59,610 nucleotides of DNA from an uncultured Acidobacteriota bacterium (GTDB taxonomy: Bacteria; Acidobacteriota; UBA6911): positions 1 to 59,610 of the forward strand of contig CAWHCF010000003.1 of the NCBI GenBank assembly GCA_963827655.1, read 5' to 3'. Within the stretch, counting starts at the first letter, position 1, and every line of letters begins with the position of its first letter. The translations under genes and the position numbers were made by a program. The notes under the pieces are model-generated. The model had not been told where the DNA came from, made no database searches, and saw only the letters and a list, made by a program, of their open reading frames with translations. Positions 28,681 to 39,911 of the stretch are shown here, piece by piece.

Positions 28681-30114
28681 TTAAAGCTCAATCACAGATG
28701 CAGCAGCAGCGGGGGTTCTGACGTAGCTTTCCTTCTGTTTCGATTCGAGAACTCTTTGGGCAACATTGACAAACGACTCAACCAAAGCCAGGCGAACGGA
28801 CCAATGGAATTCGCGGGTGAAGTTCACATAATCGGCGTTGGATAGAGGAACCCGCACAATCCAACACTTTTCTGGTTCGATCTTCTTGATCTGCTCTTCA
28901 AACGTATCACCGCCCAGACACATACGAATATGGGCAAATCCGAATTCCTTGCTGGCAACCCTGATGGTCTCCCAGCATTCAGAGGTGGTGTTAGCTTTGG
29001 AAAGTAAATCCTCGAAGTCACGAAGCAGGATCTGAGAGTCCAGCATGCGCTGAAAGGCTCCTTCGGATAACAGGCGGCGAGCGACATGAAACTCCAGGTA
29101 GCCGAGTTTCTGGATACTCACCCATGCGGCCAGACAGAAGATAACCATAAGGATGGTGGCTAATTTGGTATGAAGAATGCTATGCAGCACCGCGAAGATG
29201 GACGCCAGACCCGCGAAACCATAGAGCACGAGAGCTACCCGTCGAGGGCTGAAGCCTAATTCCAGCAGGCGGTGGTGGATATGACCGCGGTCAGCGCCGA
29301 ATATCGGCCGAAGACGGAGGAAGCGGCGAGCGATTGACAATCCGGTATCGAACAGGGGGACGGCAAGCGCCATCAAGGGGGCAGCCATTCCAAGGACTGT
29401 CGTGGTCTTCTGGGACCAGATGACCGAGTAACACCCCAGCAAAAACCCGATCAACAGACTCCCGGAATCACCCAGAAATATAGACGCCGGGCTGAAGTTA
29501 TAGCGTAGAAAACCCAGGAGACAGCCGGCGAGGGGAGCTGTCGCTAGGGCCAGCGAAATATTCTGGTTCAGAAGGGCCGATAAGAGAACAGTAACCGACG
29601 CGAAAAAACCGATGCCGGTCGCGAGCCCGTCGATGCCATCGATAAGATTAAATGCGTTGGTGCAGGCCATGAGCCACACAATCGTCACCGGCAGACTCCA
29701 CCCGCCGAGTGAAATCTCGGCGACCCCAAGGATTCGCACCCCAGCCCAATAGACCAACCCCGAAGCGACAAGCTGCCCCAGAAGTTTCTGCCAGGGCCGC
29801 AGACCGAAAAGATCGTCAACCAGTCCAACGGCGAATACGATGCCCGCGGCCGGCATCAGTTGCCACATGAGAGGCAGATGCTGCTGGACCAGCGAACCGG
29901 CGTTCAAGGCCGACAGTATGAGGACACCAAAGGCAGAGACATAGGCAAGGGCAATCACCAGCCCACCCCCGCGGGGAATGGCGTGGCTGTGGAATTTCCG
30001 AAGTTGATCGGGGCGGTCGACAATCCCGAGGCGGAGAAATGCACTGCGAACGACAGGCGTAAGCAAAAGGGAAAGAATAAGCGACGTGAATGCCGAGAAT
30101 ATGACGGAGTACAT
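28681..30114 (-). CDS. wecA: WecA/MraY-family undecaprenyl-phosphate HexNAc-1-P transferase
   Basis: PRGGG, GLVDD, NAFNLIDGIDGLA, IFLGDSG, DRGHIHHRL. Confidence 0.92.
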   Translation of the reverse strand: MYSVIFSAFTSLILSLLLTPVVRSAFLRLGIVDRPDQLRKFHSHAIPRGGGLVIALAYVSAFGVLILSALNAGSLVQQHLPLMWQLMPAAGIVFAVGLVDDLFGLRPWQKLLGQLVASGLVYWAGVRILGVAEISLGGWSLPVTIVWLMACTNAFNLIDGIDGLATGIGFFASVTVLLSALLNQNISLALATAPLAGCLLGFLRYNFSPASIFLGDSGSLLIGFLLGCYSVIWSQKTTTVLGMAAPLMALAVPLFDTGLSIARRFLRLRPIFGADRGHIHHRLLELGFSPRRVALVLYGFAGLASIFAVLHSILHTKLATILMVIFCLAAWVSIQKLGYLEFHVARRLLSEGAFQRMLDSQILLRDFEDLLSKANTTSECWETIRVASKEFGFAHIRMCLGGDTFEEQIKKIEPEKCWIVRVPLSNADYVNFTREFHWSVRLALVESFVNVAQRVLESKQKESYVRTPAAAASVIEL

Positions 30115-30131
30115 GCGCGGTGATGGAAGCT

Positions 30132-31331
30132 TCAGCCCGCCGAGATACCCTCAGTCGGGACGAGCGAAGTTTCGGGAATGCCGAGTATCTTACAGATCCT
30201 GGAAACTCCGGCCGGAGCGTCGTAATGAGTCAAGAAGGCCTCCCTCGCGCGGTATCCGGCCTTTCGAGCCAGTTCGGGATTGGCCGCCAGGGTATGGAGC
30301 AGGGACGTCATACCGTCCGCGTTGCCGCAGTCGATCTGCCAGCCACACTGAAATCGCTCCAGTATCTGGCTGGGTGTGGCGCTGCGGGGACCGACGAAGA
30401 GAACCGGCAGACCGGCAGCAAGGAGTGAATACACCTTGCTTGGCACGAGAGAACCCAGACAGGACGGATTTTGAGTGACCAGGCCGATGTTGGCGGTCCC
30501 GAGCAGCTGGGTGAGCAGGTCACGGCTACAGTAGGGAAGAAACGATGCGGTCCGGATTCCCTGAGCTTCGCAAAATGATTGGAGATCTTTCAAGCGCGGG
30601 CCGCCACCTACGTAGGTAAACCTGAAGCGCTCGTCAGCTTTGAGGCGATTCATCACGGCCGAAACAGTTTCGACGTCGTGAGCAAGACCCAGGTTCCCGG
30701 GATAGAGCACAGAAAAGCGGTCGGGAGAGAGCTGTGCTGCAGGGTAGATAAGCTTGCCGTTGGCCCAGTTCTCTGCGATCTCGATCTTGTTCGGATGGAC
30801 GCCCCGCGCAACGAGCCGCCGGCGCATGCAGGAACCGAGCGCGATAATGCCGTCAGATTGGTCCCGACAGTAGTCTGCGATGGCTCCGACAAAGCGGATA
30901 ATCCATGAGTCGGCTCGCAGAACCTTGAGGTCGACCGCCAGGTCCGGATAGAGATCCATTTCCCAGATGAAATGGCGTGCGCCACGAAATCTCTTTAGCA
31001 GAAGGCCAACTACCGATAATAGCGGTGGCGTCGTGAGAGTGACGACAAGCTCCGGTCGCTCTATTCGGCAGCTGTGCCAGAGGGCAGCGCTCAGAAAGGA
31101 GAAATAGGAGAGCAAGCGCGAAGCGGATCCTCGCGAGAAGGGAAGGTCCGACACGCGAATGATATCGACCTTCGGGGCCTGCGTGGAATCCGCTCCGGCG
31201 TATGAGCTCCGAGCACAGATGACCGTGACTCGATGTCCCTCATCGGCCAGGTGGGCAGCGAGATCGGTCAGGAGCTGACTTGTCGCCGCAAGATCCGGCC
31301 AGAAAAATTGATTTAGAAGTAGTATTCTCAT
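30132..31331 (-). CDS. GT4 glycosyltransferase (WbuB/WcaI-like)
   Basis: NQFFWPD, MDLYPD, GNLG.AH, VPSKVY. Confidence 0.9.
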   Translation of the reverse strand: MRILLLNQFFWPDLAATSQLLTDLAAHLADEGHRVTVICARSSYAGADSTQAPKVDIIRVSDLPFSRGSASRLLSYFSFLSAALWHSCRIERPELVVTLTTPPLLSVVGLLLKRFRGARHFIWEMDLYPDLAVDLKVLRADSWIIRFVGAIADYCRDQSDGIIALGSCMRRRLVARGVHPNKIEIAENWANGKLIYPAAQLSPDRFSVLYPGNLGLAHDVETVSAVMNRLKADERFRFTYVGGGPRLKDLQSFCEAQGIRTASFLPYCSRDLLTQLLGTANIGLVTQNPSCLGSLVPSKVYSLLAAGLPVLFVGPRSATPSQILERFQCGWQIDCGNADGMTSLLHTLAANPELARKAGYRAREAFLTHYDAPAGVSRICKILGIPETSLVPTEGISAG

Positions 31332-31381
31332 GCGCCGACGGAGGAATTGAAATCCGAGGGGAATTCCGGGGAGGCAGCCGG

Positions 31382-32426
31382 CTAAACGCGCATCAAGCTC
31401 GAATGCCGTTCTGCAATTTCGGAGACGATTCGCCGCTTATCGAACTCGATGTTCCAATTGCGGAAAATGTGACCGAATCTTCGAAAGGTCCGAGATGTAG
31501 CAGATGTGATCCCCGATGCGAGGGTTGGGATTGTACTGATAGCGAAGGTTCAGTCCCAGGCCTTGCAGCAAGTCGATCGTTTCGATAATTGACAGGCTGT
31601 TCTCCCTGCCGCCGCCCAGGTTGTAAGTTTCACCGCATCTGGGATGCTTGAAGAATTCGAGAAAGAGTCGCGCGACGTCACGGCAATGAATCTGGTCGCG
31701 GACCTGCTTTCCCTTGTACCCGAAGATCGTATAGTCACGACCGATTACGGCACAGAAGACAATATACGCCAGGAAACCATGGAGCTCCACCGCGGCATGG
31801 TGCGGACCGGTCAGGCATCCGGCGCGGAAGATCCCGACCGGCATCCCGAAGTACCGGCCAAATTCCTGGCACATTACGTCCGCCGCCACTTTCGATGCCC
31901 CAAAAATGGAATGCAGACAGCTATCGATGGACATGCTCTCGTCAATGGCATCAATTCCATTTCCGTAGTCGTACCTCTTCTCCAACTCGACGAGCGGAAG
32001 CGAATTCGGTCGATCGCCATAAACTTTGTTGGTACTGGTAAAGCAAAAGGGCGAGTCGCGGCAAAAATCACGACTGGCAACCAACACGTTCAGTGTCCCG
32101 ACTGCATTGATATCGAAATCATCATAGGGTATGGATGCCGCTTTGTCGTGCGACGGTTGGGCTGCCGCGTGGATGATGAAATCGGGAAGCTCGGCTTTGA
32201 ACAGCGCGCGGACCGCCTGGCGATCGCGTATATCCATAGAAAAGTGTCGATAGCGCGACCTCCGCCTTGCCAGCTCTTCAACGACTGGCCGAGTGCTGCC
32301 TTCGGGTCCGAAGAACTGCTGCCGCATGTCGTTGTCTATTCCAACGACCTCCCACCCTTCTTCAGACAGAAGCCGAACACATTCAGACCCTATCAATCCA
32401 CCTGATCCCGTGACGATTGCTTTCAA
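31382..32426 (-). CDS. NAD-dependent epimerase/dehydratase (CDP-paratose 2-epimerase-like; +1 frameshift ~31461)
   Basis: TTG start after GGGAG; IVTGSGGLIG, AAQPSHD, STNKVYGD, QVRDQIH; repaired end FPNWNIEFD..MRV*. Confidence 0.85.
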
Positions 32427-32524
32427 GAAATCTCCCGTGCCGGTTCGAAACAACGAAACCCGTTGGCAGCCAAGTAAGTGTTTTTTTGAGTGAAGTGAAG
32501 AAAGTAGAATCCGCGCGGAGCTAA

Positions 32525-32754
32525 AGGTTCGCGCAGAAATAGGTTCACATTCTGGTGCAGGGCCCCAGGCCCGCTGGCGAGGCGCGAGCGATGATGCCGT
32601 ACCCGCGGCGGTACGTGAGGAGCGAGCAACAAAGCCAGGGACTTGCTCAGGCGCGATCCTAAAGGTGGCAGACTGCGCAGCTAACAAGAATACACGGTTG
32701 AAAAGTGCCCACCGACTCTCGCGCCAGAATGTGAAGTTATTTCTGCGCGAGCCC
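32525..32754. mobile_element. MITE copy 2 (~230 bp), inverted relative to copy 1
   Basis: TIRs AGGTTCGCGCAGAAATAGGTTCACATTCTGG / CCAGAATGTGAAGTTATTTCTGCGCGAGCCC; internal hairpin CGTACC..GGTACG; no transposase. Confidence 0.85.
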
Positions 32755-32778
32755 AAGTTTCAGGAAACGATCGACAAT

Positions 32779-33729
32779 TCAAATATCCCACGCGGCCGGC
32801 CACAAGTTGTTCTTGACCGAAGCCTCGAGGCCGTTTCGGGCAATGAAATAGAGAACATGATTGATGGGCCAGTTGGCGACAAGATGGTCGCGTCGAAGAC
32901 AGAGGTGTGACGAGTCCGCTGCCGCGGCCACATGGCAACCTCGTACAAGCGAAGCGCATGAGCGAAACCCTGCCTTGAAAACGGCTCTTGCGCCGATAGC
33001 GTTGAAACAACTGAAACGGCCGTAGGGCCAGGCAAAGTGATCAACCGCTCCTAGTTTCTCACGCAGGAGCTCATAGGACTTCTCGATTTCCGCGTGGATG
33101 TCCGCCGGCGCGAGCCGCGCCAACCTCCGATGACTCATCGCGTGGCTTCCGATTTCGTGTCCATTGCGTGACAGGATCTCCACGTCTTTCCATGAAAGCA
33201 ACTCGGTTGGAGCGATCTCCAGTTGATTCAAGCAGAATTCCTCGATTTTCCTCTGATTCGTCTCGTCGAGTATAGATGGACAAACGAAGAAGCAGCCGCG
33301 GACATCGAATTCCTCCAGGACCAAACCCGCCCGCATACAGCTCTGCAGCCCATCATCAAAGCTAAAAGCCACATAGGGAGCGTCGATTCGCCCTTCCAGA
33401 ACCCGCTCTACCGCTTCTGAGTAGCTTATGAACCGATGATTGATCTTCAGCGCGCGCAGTAGCGTTCGGAAGCCGGACTCTTCGTTCTTATCGACGTGAT
33501 GAAAACAGACAAACTGGATTCTATTGCTCCTCAAACCGGCCGACATTCGGTCGGCTGCCCGGTAATAAAAAGACAGGGTAGATAGAGTCAAATTCCTGGC
33601 GAAGTCGCGGTAACGATTGAATCGGCCGCCGTTGTTAGCGGGCGCGGAATACCCTCTTTCGATCGGCGCCTTCGTCTCAGTTGAATTGTTCGATAGACTT
33701 CTACCCTGCAACATCTCTTGAGGAGCCAT
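32779..33729 (-). CDS. Polysaccharide deacetylase (CE4/NodB-like)
   Basis: FSFDDG, EIGSHAMSH, FAWPYG. Confidence 0.88.
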   Translation of the reverse strand: MAPQEMLQGRSLSNNSTETKAPIERGYSAPANNGGRFNRYRDFARNLTLSTLSFYYRAADRMSAGLRSNRIQFVCFHHVDKNEESGFRTLLRALKINHRFISYSEAVERVLEGRIDAPYVAFSFDDGLQSCMRAGLVLEEFDVRGCFFVCPSILDETNQRKIEEFCLNQLEIAPTELLSWKDVEILSRNGHEIGSHAMSHRRLARLAPADIHAEIEKSYELLREKLGAVDHFAWPYGRFSCFNAIGARAVFKAGFRSCASLVRGCHVAAAADSSHLCLRRDHLVANWPINHVLYFIARNGLEASVKNNLWPAAWDI

Positions 33730-33753
33730 AGATGTGTCTTTCTGGAAATTGCC

Positions 33754-34944
33754 TTAGCTGCTCTTACATTCCAACAAGGTTCTGTACAACTCTATGGTGT
33801 CTTCCGCCCTCGATTGCCAACTGAATTCGTTGCGCATCCACATCTGTCCTTTCGATCCCATTTCAGTCCGTGGCATTTGCCGGATTTGTTGGATTGCCGC
33901 CGCAAGGCTCCGAGCATCGTTGTCGACCCACAATCCACAGCCTATCTCCTGGAGGCGCTTCCAGGGTGTGCCTGTACTTGCGATCACCGGAAGACGATGT
34001 GCCAGAGCTTCGGCTACGACCATGCCAAAATTCTCTCTGTGAGAGGGCACCACGACCACATCCGCGTTTTCGAAAAACCTTTCCTTGAGCTCCCCGTGCA
34101 CCTCGCCAACCATTGTCACATTTTCCGAGAGGCCCCATCGTTCAATCAGGGCTCTCAAGTTACGGGCATAAGCCGGGTCGCCACCGCCCGCCAGGGTCAG
34201 GGACCAGGATCGGGCTGATTTCCCGCCGTGATTATCGCTCGGAATATTGCCGCGCCGGTCAGCGACGCCTCCGTCCAGCATCCTGCATGCTTCCAGAAGG
34301 AGCTCTATGCCTTTGATAGGATCGAGTCGGCCTAAGTAAAGCAAACGAAGAGTTCCGTTGGCAGAGACATGGGACAATCTCTCCGGGACTTCGATACCGT
34401 TAGGAATGACGGCTGTTCTCACACTGGGAAATCTGTCTGAACTCTCCCTGGCCTCTTCTTCTGACGAGACGTAGAGAGCGAGCCTCGAGGGCCTGACGAA
34501 GCGGCATATGGACTCCCATAGAGCCTTGAGATGTAACCGCGTCGTTCCGCGCCACCTCTGCAAGGCTCCATGCGGAGACCAGGCAACCGGTTTGTCCAGA
34601 AGCCTGCATGCAAAGAGAGCCGGAATGGTGGGAAAAGAATAGACCCCGGTTAGGTGTACGACGTCCGCCCAACGGATGTAACGCAGCAACTCGGAAATCA
34701 GTTCGGGCGAAACCGAATGTGAAATGAGCCGCTCACAATAACGGACATGAAGGCGCTCAGAGAATTCAACCTCCCGCTTCTTCTCTACATCCAGTACCGC
34801 CCGCGGTCCGTTCGCGTCGGTGGTGAGTACTCTGACCTCGCAACCCTTTTGGGCAACATGAAGGCAGAGATGATACAGAGTCTGAATGGGGCCGCCATAC
34901 ACATGGGCAGGATAAAAGGACGGCGTGATATGACAGACTCTCAT
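33754..34944 (-). CDS. GT4 glycosyltransferase
   Basis: YGGP, SPHG, YLGRLDPIKG, PSHRENFGMVVAEAL. Confidence 0.92.
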   Translation of the reverse strand: MRVCHITPSFYPAHVYGGPIQTLYHLCLHVAQKGCEVRVLTTDANGPRAVLDVEKKREVEFSERLHVRYCERLISHSVSPELISELLRYIRWADVVHLTGVYSFPTIPALFACRLLDKPVAWSPHGALQRWRGTTRLHLKALWESICRFVRPSRLALYVSSEEEARESSDRFPSVRTAVIPNGIEVPERLSHVSANGTLRLLYLGRLDPIKGIELLLEACRMLDGGVADRRGNIPSDNHGGKSARSWSLTLAGGGDPAYARNLRALIERWGLSENVTMVGEVHGELKERFFENADVVVVPSHRENFGMVVAEALAHRLPVIASTGTPWKRLQEIGCGLWVDNDARSLAAAIQQIRQMPRTEMGSKGQMWMRNEFSWQSRAEDTIELYRTLLECKSS

Positions 34945-35170
34945 AATTTCTCCCGAGTTCTGGAATCGCCGGTTCCTTTAAGATGAGAGCCTGGACCGTT
35001 CTGAGGACGGTTTCGGTTCCGGCGCCTCCGACCTGGATTCAGCCTTACCACATCGAGAATGTTGATTCGCACCGCCTCTAACCAACTGCACCGACTCACT
35101 ACTCGCTGAAACTGAGCTCTGCCATCCACAGAATTAAGTGCCTCGATCAATGACGTTTTCGAATAGTCTG

Positions 35171-35806
35171 TCAGTATTCACCGGCCGTCGTGCTTTCTTT
35201 CCTCTGCACAACCATAATCATGCTTCTGGCGAGGGGAGGAATACGACCTACGCGATAGAAGCCAACTTCAGATAGATTTACCTCGGCGAATAATCGCGCA
35301 AGACTTGAGCGGGACCAGAACTTGATATGACCGTAGTCCCAAAGGGGAGAGAGATGGGAGTCCCATCGACCGAGCAAAGCCAGGGTCAGGTTCTTGAGAT
35401 AGCCGTGATACGGCGTACTAACGATTCCCAGACTCCGTGTTCTCAAAAGACTCTTTAGCGTCATAGCATACTTGCGTGGATAAAAAACATGCTCAATGAC
35501 CTCGAGACTAATGACTGCGTCGAAAGTGCCAAACCGGGCGGCCAAATCATCATAAGCTGATCCAATCTCAAAATGACAATTCGGAAATTGCGCCCTGGCG
35601 ATGGCAATACCTTGTCTTGAAGGATCGACACCAATTACTTGGTAACCCATCTGAGCAAGTTTGTCTGATGTACTGCCGTTGCCGCAGCCAAGTTCCAGAA
35701 TGCGCGCGGGAGGGGCGATTCGCTTCAGTATTCTGGTTACAATAGGAAAGAGAAATTGGTGCGAATGTGCCGGTTCGGCGGAATCGTGAGGATAGCCGCC
35801 TGTCAT
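35171..35806 (-). CDS. Class I SAM-dependent methyltransferase (UbiG-like)
   Basis: ILELGCGNG, GVDPS, EVIEH, STPYHGY. Confidence 0.9.
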   Translation of the reverse strand: MTGGYPHDSAEPAHSHQFLFPIVTRILKRIAPPARILELGCGNGSTSDKLAQMGYQVIGVDPSRQGIAIARAQFPNCHFEIGSAYDDLAARFGTFDAVISLEVIEHVFYPRKYAMTLKSLLRTRSLGIVSTPYHGYLKNLTLALLGRWDSHLSPLWDYGHIKFWSRSSLARLFAEVNLSEVGFYRVGRIPPLARSMIMVVQRKESTTAGEY

Positions 35807-35956
35807 CCAGTTCAGAAAGACTGTCGCCCGCGGTCAGCTCTTGCGCCTCGCTCCACACCTTGAGTATCAAGACGCTAGACTCCTGGTCCGATCCGGTACG
35901 GGGAAACTCAAGGCACCCGGTTTGGAAACCGCCCGATTCGCTCATGGATTCCGTTT

Positions 35957-37078
35957 TTAATCCTTTTCCAGCACCCGATCCAGGAGACGAAACCAGTTGT
36001 CCCGCATGTGGGAGAAAAGGTATTTTGTCGTCAAACTCCGGTAAGCCTGGAGACCCATTTCTTCCCGCAGCGCGGGTTTCCGGTAAAACTCGACCAGATA
36101 CCGCACAAGCGCGTCGACATCGCCGTGCTTGACCAGATAGCCATCGGTTCCATGATCGATTACTTCAGGCGTTCCGCCGTGGTCGCCACCGATACAAGGC
36201 TTTCCATATCGCATAGCCTCCAGGAAAACGATCCCAAATCCCTCGCCCTTGCTTGGCATCGCGAACACATCGCAGTCCTGATAGGCCTGGCTCAACCTGG
36301 CGTCGGGTACCTCCCCCAGGAACTCGACCTGGCCATCCAAACCCAACCGAGACGCTCTTTCCTGAAGCTGCGGCACGTCGTCACCCTGGCCCACGACAGT
36401 GAGCTTGACCCTCATACCTTTTTTTTGCACCTCGTCGACGGCTTCTATCAAGGTGTCGACCCCTTTGTAACGCTCAATTGCAGTAAGTCTACCTACCGTA
36501 AGAACCCTGAGCTCATCGCAATTCTTTCGCTTCCAAGAGGGCTCGGGGATGTTGGACTCCCCCACAGCCAGCGGGATGATGCAGGTGCGATCATGGCGGA
36601 CCCGATTATGCTGGCAGAACACGGACGCAGTGTAACTTGTCGTAGCCACAACCGAGGCGGCGCTTCGCGAAGCCACACGCCGCAACCAGTCTACTTTTAC
36701 CCAGGCCTCAGTCCCGTGGAGCGCGACGATGTATGACTTCAACACGCCGAGTTCTTTCAGTCCCCAGGCCACTGGTGATAAATGGACGTGCCCGACGATT
36801 GCTACAAGCGGGTAACGAGTAAATCCGAGTTGGATCGCACTCCGTATCGCTTGAAGCTTGCTCCGTCCGGCGCCAACAAAATTGCGATAGGCCACGGGTT
36901 GCACATGGCGTTCATTGACGTATTCGGAATCATTGAGTGAAATGCAATCGAGATCGTACCCCTTGCAATCTGCGTAGCCGGAGAGAATTTCGGCCAGTCG
37001 CCGGCTATACGCAGGGACTCCGCCCTCGGATCCATAAGCTTGAGGAACCAGAAGCAGTAAAGAACCTCGGCTAGGCAA
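35957..37078 (-). CDS. GT4 glycosyltransferase
   Basis: LTVGRL..YKG, MPSKGEGFGIVFLEAM. Confidence 0.92.
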   Translation of the reverse strand: MPSRGSLLLLVPQAYGSEGGVPAYSRRLAEILSGYADCKGYDLDCISLNDSEYVNERHVQPVAYRNFVGAGRSKLQAIRSAIQLGFTRYPLVAIVGHVHLSPVAWGLKELGVLKSYIVALHGTEAWVKVDWLRRVASRSAASVVATTSYTASVFCQHNRVRHDRTCIIPLAVGESNIPEPSWKRKNCDELRVLTVGRLTAIERYKGVDTLIEAVDEVQKKGMRVKLTVVGQGDDVPQLQERASRLGLDGQVEFLGEVPDARLSQAYQDCDVFAMPSKGEGFGIVFLEAMRYGKPCIGGDHGGTPEVIDHGTDGYLVKHGDVDALVRYLVEFYRKPALREEMGLQAYRSLTTKYLFSHMRDNWFRLLDRVLEKD

Positions 37079-37269
37079 TTCAACCCCGCTGGATTACGGT
37101 TGCCCGTCTGTTTGTTAATCGCCAGGGATCTGAGATGCATCCCTAACTCAGGCGGTTATGGAAGGTGACGAAAATCCTGTTGCGTTTTGAAGCTCAGAAA
37201 CCTCAAACACTATTGCTAAGAACTGACAGCTGGAACACCCAAAGGTTCAGGCGTTCCAGCCCTTCGAAG

Positions 37270-38175
37270 TCACTTCCAGAAGATCTGAGGACCAATGATG
37301 GCAGCCAGCCTCGCATATGCCGCCGATGATGCAAAGTCTAGTCTCAAAGCGGTCATCATCGCTTCTTTTAACGCCCGGTCCGCGAACGCCATAAACACTC
37401 GCCGTTTCAAGCCGGCGCGCTGAGGAAGACGAGCCTTGTGTTCGCGCAGGATAATCCTGGCGGCCAGGTAGTGTTGTTCCAGATACGGCGGCCCATGAAA
37501 CGCCATGGTCCCCATCGCCGGATGGATCCGATACTTCACGAGAGGCGCACCTATGCACGCCACATCGTAGAACAGCAACATCCGCATCCACATCTCGCCA
37601 TCACAGGTGAGGGGCAGTTCACTACGGTAACCGCCCAGGCGTTCATAGCAAGCCCTTCGGGCCAAGACAGAACCAATGAACACAATGCTGAAGTCCACCA
37701 TGCTCGTGAGGTACCGGGCAATGACTTCCTGTCCCTTTTCAACGTAGTCGCGTCTCGAGTCTCCTGCCCAATGTTCCCCAAGGATCTGTCCCTGACCGTC
37801 GATCTGATAAACGTTAGAATGGACGAACGCCACTCCCGGATTCTCATTCAGCATGCGCACTTTGCGTTCAAGGTTCTCGGGGAGCATCACATCGTCGTAA
37901 GCCCAAATGCACACATACTGGCCCTCAGCGAGACTCAAACAGCGATTGAAGTTACCGACTACCCCGAGATTGCGCGCGTTGCGAACGTAGGTGATCCGTC
38001 GGTCGCTGAAACTCCGCACGATGTCTTCGGTGTTATCGGTGGAGCAATTATCAGACACTATCAAGCGGAAGTCGCCGTAGGTCTGGGCCAGCACTGACTC
38101 AATAGACTCGGCAATGTAAGCCGCACCATTATAGACGGGCAAACACACACTTACCGTATTAGGCTCTCTTGACAT
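37270..38175 (-). CDS. GT2 glycosyltransferase
   Basis: VSVCLPVYN, DNCSTD, AYDD; start set at MSREPN because the longer ORF overlaps the wzy-like gene. Confidence 0.88.
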   Translation of the reverse strand: MSREPNTVSVCLPVYNGAAYIAESIESVLAQTYGDFRLIVSDNCSTDNTEDIVRSFSDRRITYVRNARNLGVVGNFNRCLSLAEGQYVCIWAYDDVMLPENLERKVRMLNENPGVAFVHSNVYQIDGQGQILGEHWAGDSRRDYVEKGQEVIARYLTSMVDFSIVFIGSVLARRACYERLGGYRSELPLTCDGEMWMRMLLFYDVACIGAPLVKYRIHPAMGTMAFHGPPYLEQHYLAARIILREHKARLPQRAGLKRRVFMAFADRALKEAMMTALRLDFASSAAYARLAAIIGPQIFWK

Positions 38176-38246
38176 GACACTGAATAAGATATTTAGCAAC
38201 ACCCGGTTGGAGCAGTTCAGGGGTACGACTCTTGCTGTCTCACCCT

Positions 38247-39745
38247 CTAACCGATTCTGGTATCCGAATAGCGCGATCTCCGGCTCAAGAAGTAAAAGAG
38301 AATCAACCACACAGGAAGTACTCTTGTGTGTGAAACAAAAACGATTCCGATGCCGAAGAAGTCGCTGTTCATCAGAATGAGGGCGAAATAGATGCTTGCC
38401 CCGATCACGTAATGCAATCGAGACATGAGCCACCGGTAAAGAAGGTTGATATAGAAGCCATGCAGCGCCGAGAGGAAGAAAAACGCCCGTCGGTGCCGAA
38501 ATTCACGTGATATTCGGATATAGCGTCAAAAACAGCCGACGTCTCCTGGCCCTCAACGACCAGACCCACAGAAACAGAATAACGGTTCACCTCACTGTTG
38601 AAATCGGGCTTATCTGGCCAGATAAGTCGTGGAATCAAACCGGCCGCCTCGGCGTAAAAGGTTCTGCCCTGCTCGTAGGGGTAGGTGGCAGGGTAAAAAC
38701 GTGAAAATATCGCAGTCAGCTCAGTCAAAGCGAGCCGGGCCACGAATCTGTCGAGCACCATCTCCAAACCACGTTGATAATTCATCGAGCTACTAACTTC
38801 CTGGAGGGCATACATTCGCTCTTCCATCGTTGGGGAGGCTCCCGGCTTTTTCATCTGCTTGTACAGCGTCAACCACGGGAATACCAGAAAGAAAGCCAGT
38901 GGCAGAACCACGATAAGAAATTTCCACGGCGGAGCGCCACGCGCGAGAATGTAACCGACCACCACCGCACTTACCGGACCCAGAAAATCTCCCACCATAC
39001 CGGTAGCCAGGCCCACCAGGACGGCAGGCGCGCACATAAGCGGCACAAACAGCATCCATTGGATCCTCTCACCGGACGACACGGCTGAAAACAGCCAGTA
39101 GCTGGCTATTGTGATTATGACGAAAGTAAAGGCGCCCAGGAGCTGCACCGCGAAAGAAATCGAAACCGGCAAATAAAACCGGGCCACGGTAAAGATAAAC
39201 AGTGCGATCGGGGTGAACAGGATCAAGCACTTGCGAAACTTCTTTTCGTCGACCGCCCATGAAATTGCCGGCAGCCTTGCTGCAATACCGGATGACGTGA
39301 GACTCAGACCTAGAAAGAATCCTGCTCCGCCCAGGAGGACCAGCTGGCATGCATTCTCGAGGTTTTGCCGGCCCCCAAAAAAGTACATTCTCCTGCGAAG
39401 CTCCGGTATCGCTTCCCACGATAACTCTTCCCAGTAATGAACGACTAGCGCGCCCCAGCCATAGCGAAAGCAAAGAAAAGCCATCATCAGGGAGAGAGGC
39501 GCCAGCCAGGGCTTCTCGCCGCACGACCTTGAAATACGAAAGCTACAAAGCGTGAGTGCGAAGAGAAACCCAGCTGTGATCCAGACCACGGTTGCTGAGG
39601 GGAAATTAGCGAAGGTTCCATACGGAATCATCAAGAGAGCGACTGCCGTCGCGACGCAAACGACCTGCGCAAGCAACAGCGTAGTAGCTCCTGAAACAGA
39701 GTATTCGCGAGGGCGCTGAAACGAAATCGCGTGACTTTGATACAT
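38247..39745 (-). CDS. Wzy-like polysaccharide polymerase (multi-TM; frameshifted ~38490)
   Basis: About 10+ TM segments, IPRLIWPDKP, EYHVNFG; repaired tail FFLSALHGFYINLLY..RIG*. Confidence 0.65.
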
Positions 39746-39911
39746 TAGACCATCATGGAACGGAGTTAAGAAAAGTACTTGCCCTCGGCGTCAGTCCGCT
39801 GACTCGCTCCACAAACCTTACAAGTCAGCGCCGGGCGTAGGAATTCAGGTTAGTCGAATGAGCTATCTCAATCGCGGCCAATCTCCAGCCCGTTGATTCA
39901 ACAATTGGCTA

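Noticed and set aside
32427-32756. 110-aa N-terminal extension of the epimerase
   Set aside because: It is translated MITE sequence; the TTG at 32426 has an RBS and starts at the Rossmann motif.
38176-38433. N-terminal extension of GT2
   Set aside because: It overlaps the frameshifted tail of the wzy-like gene.
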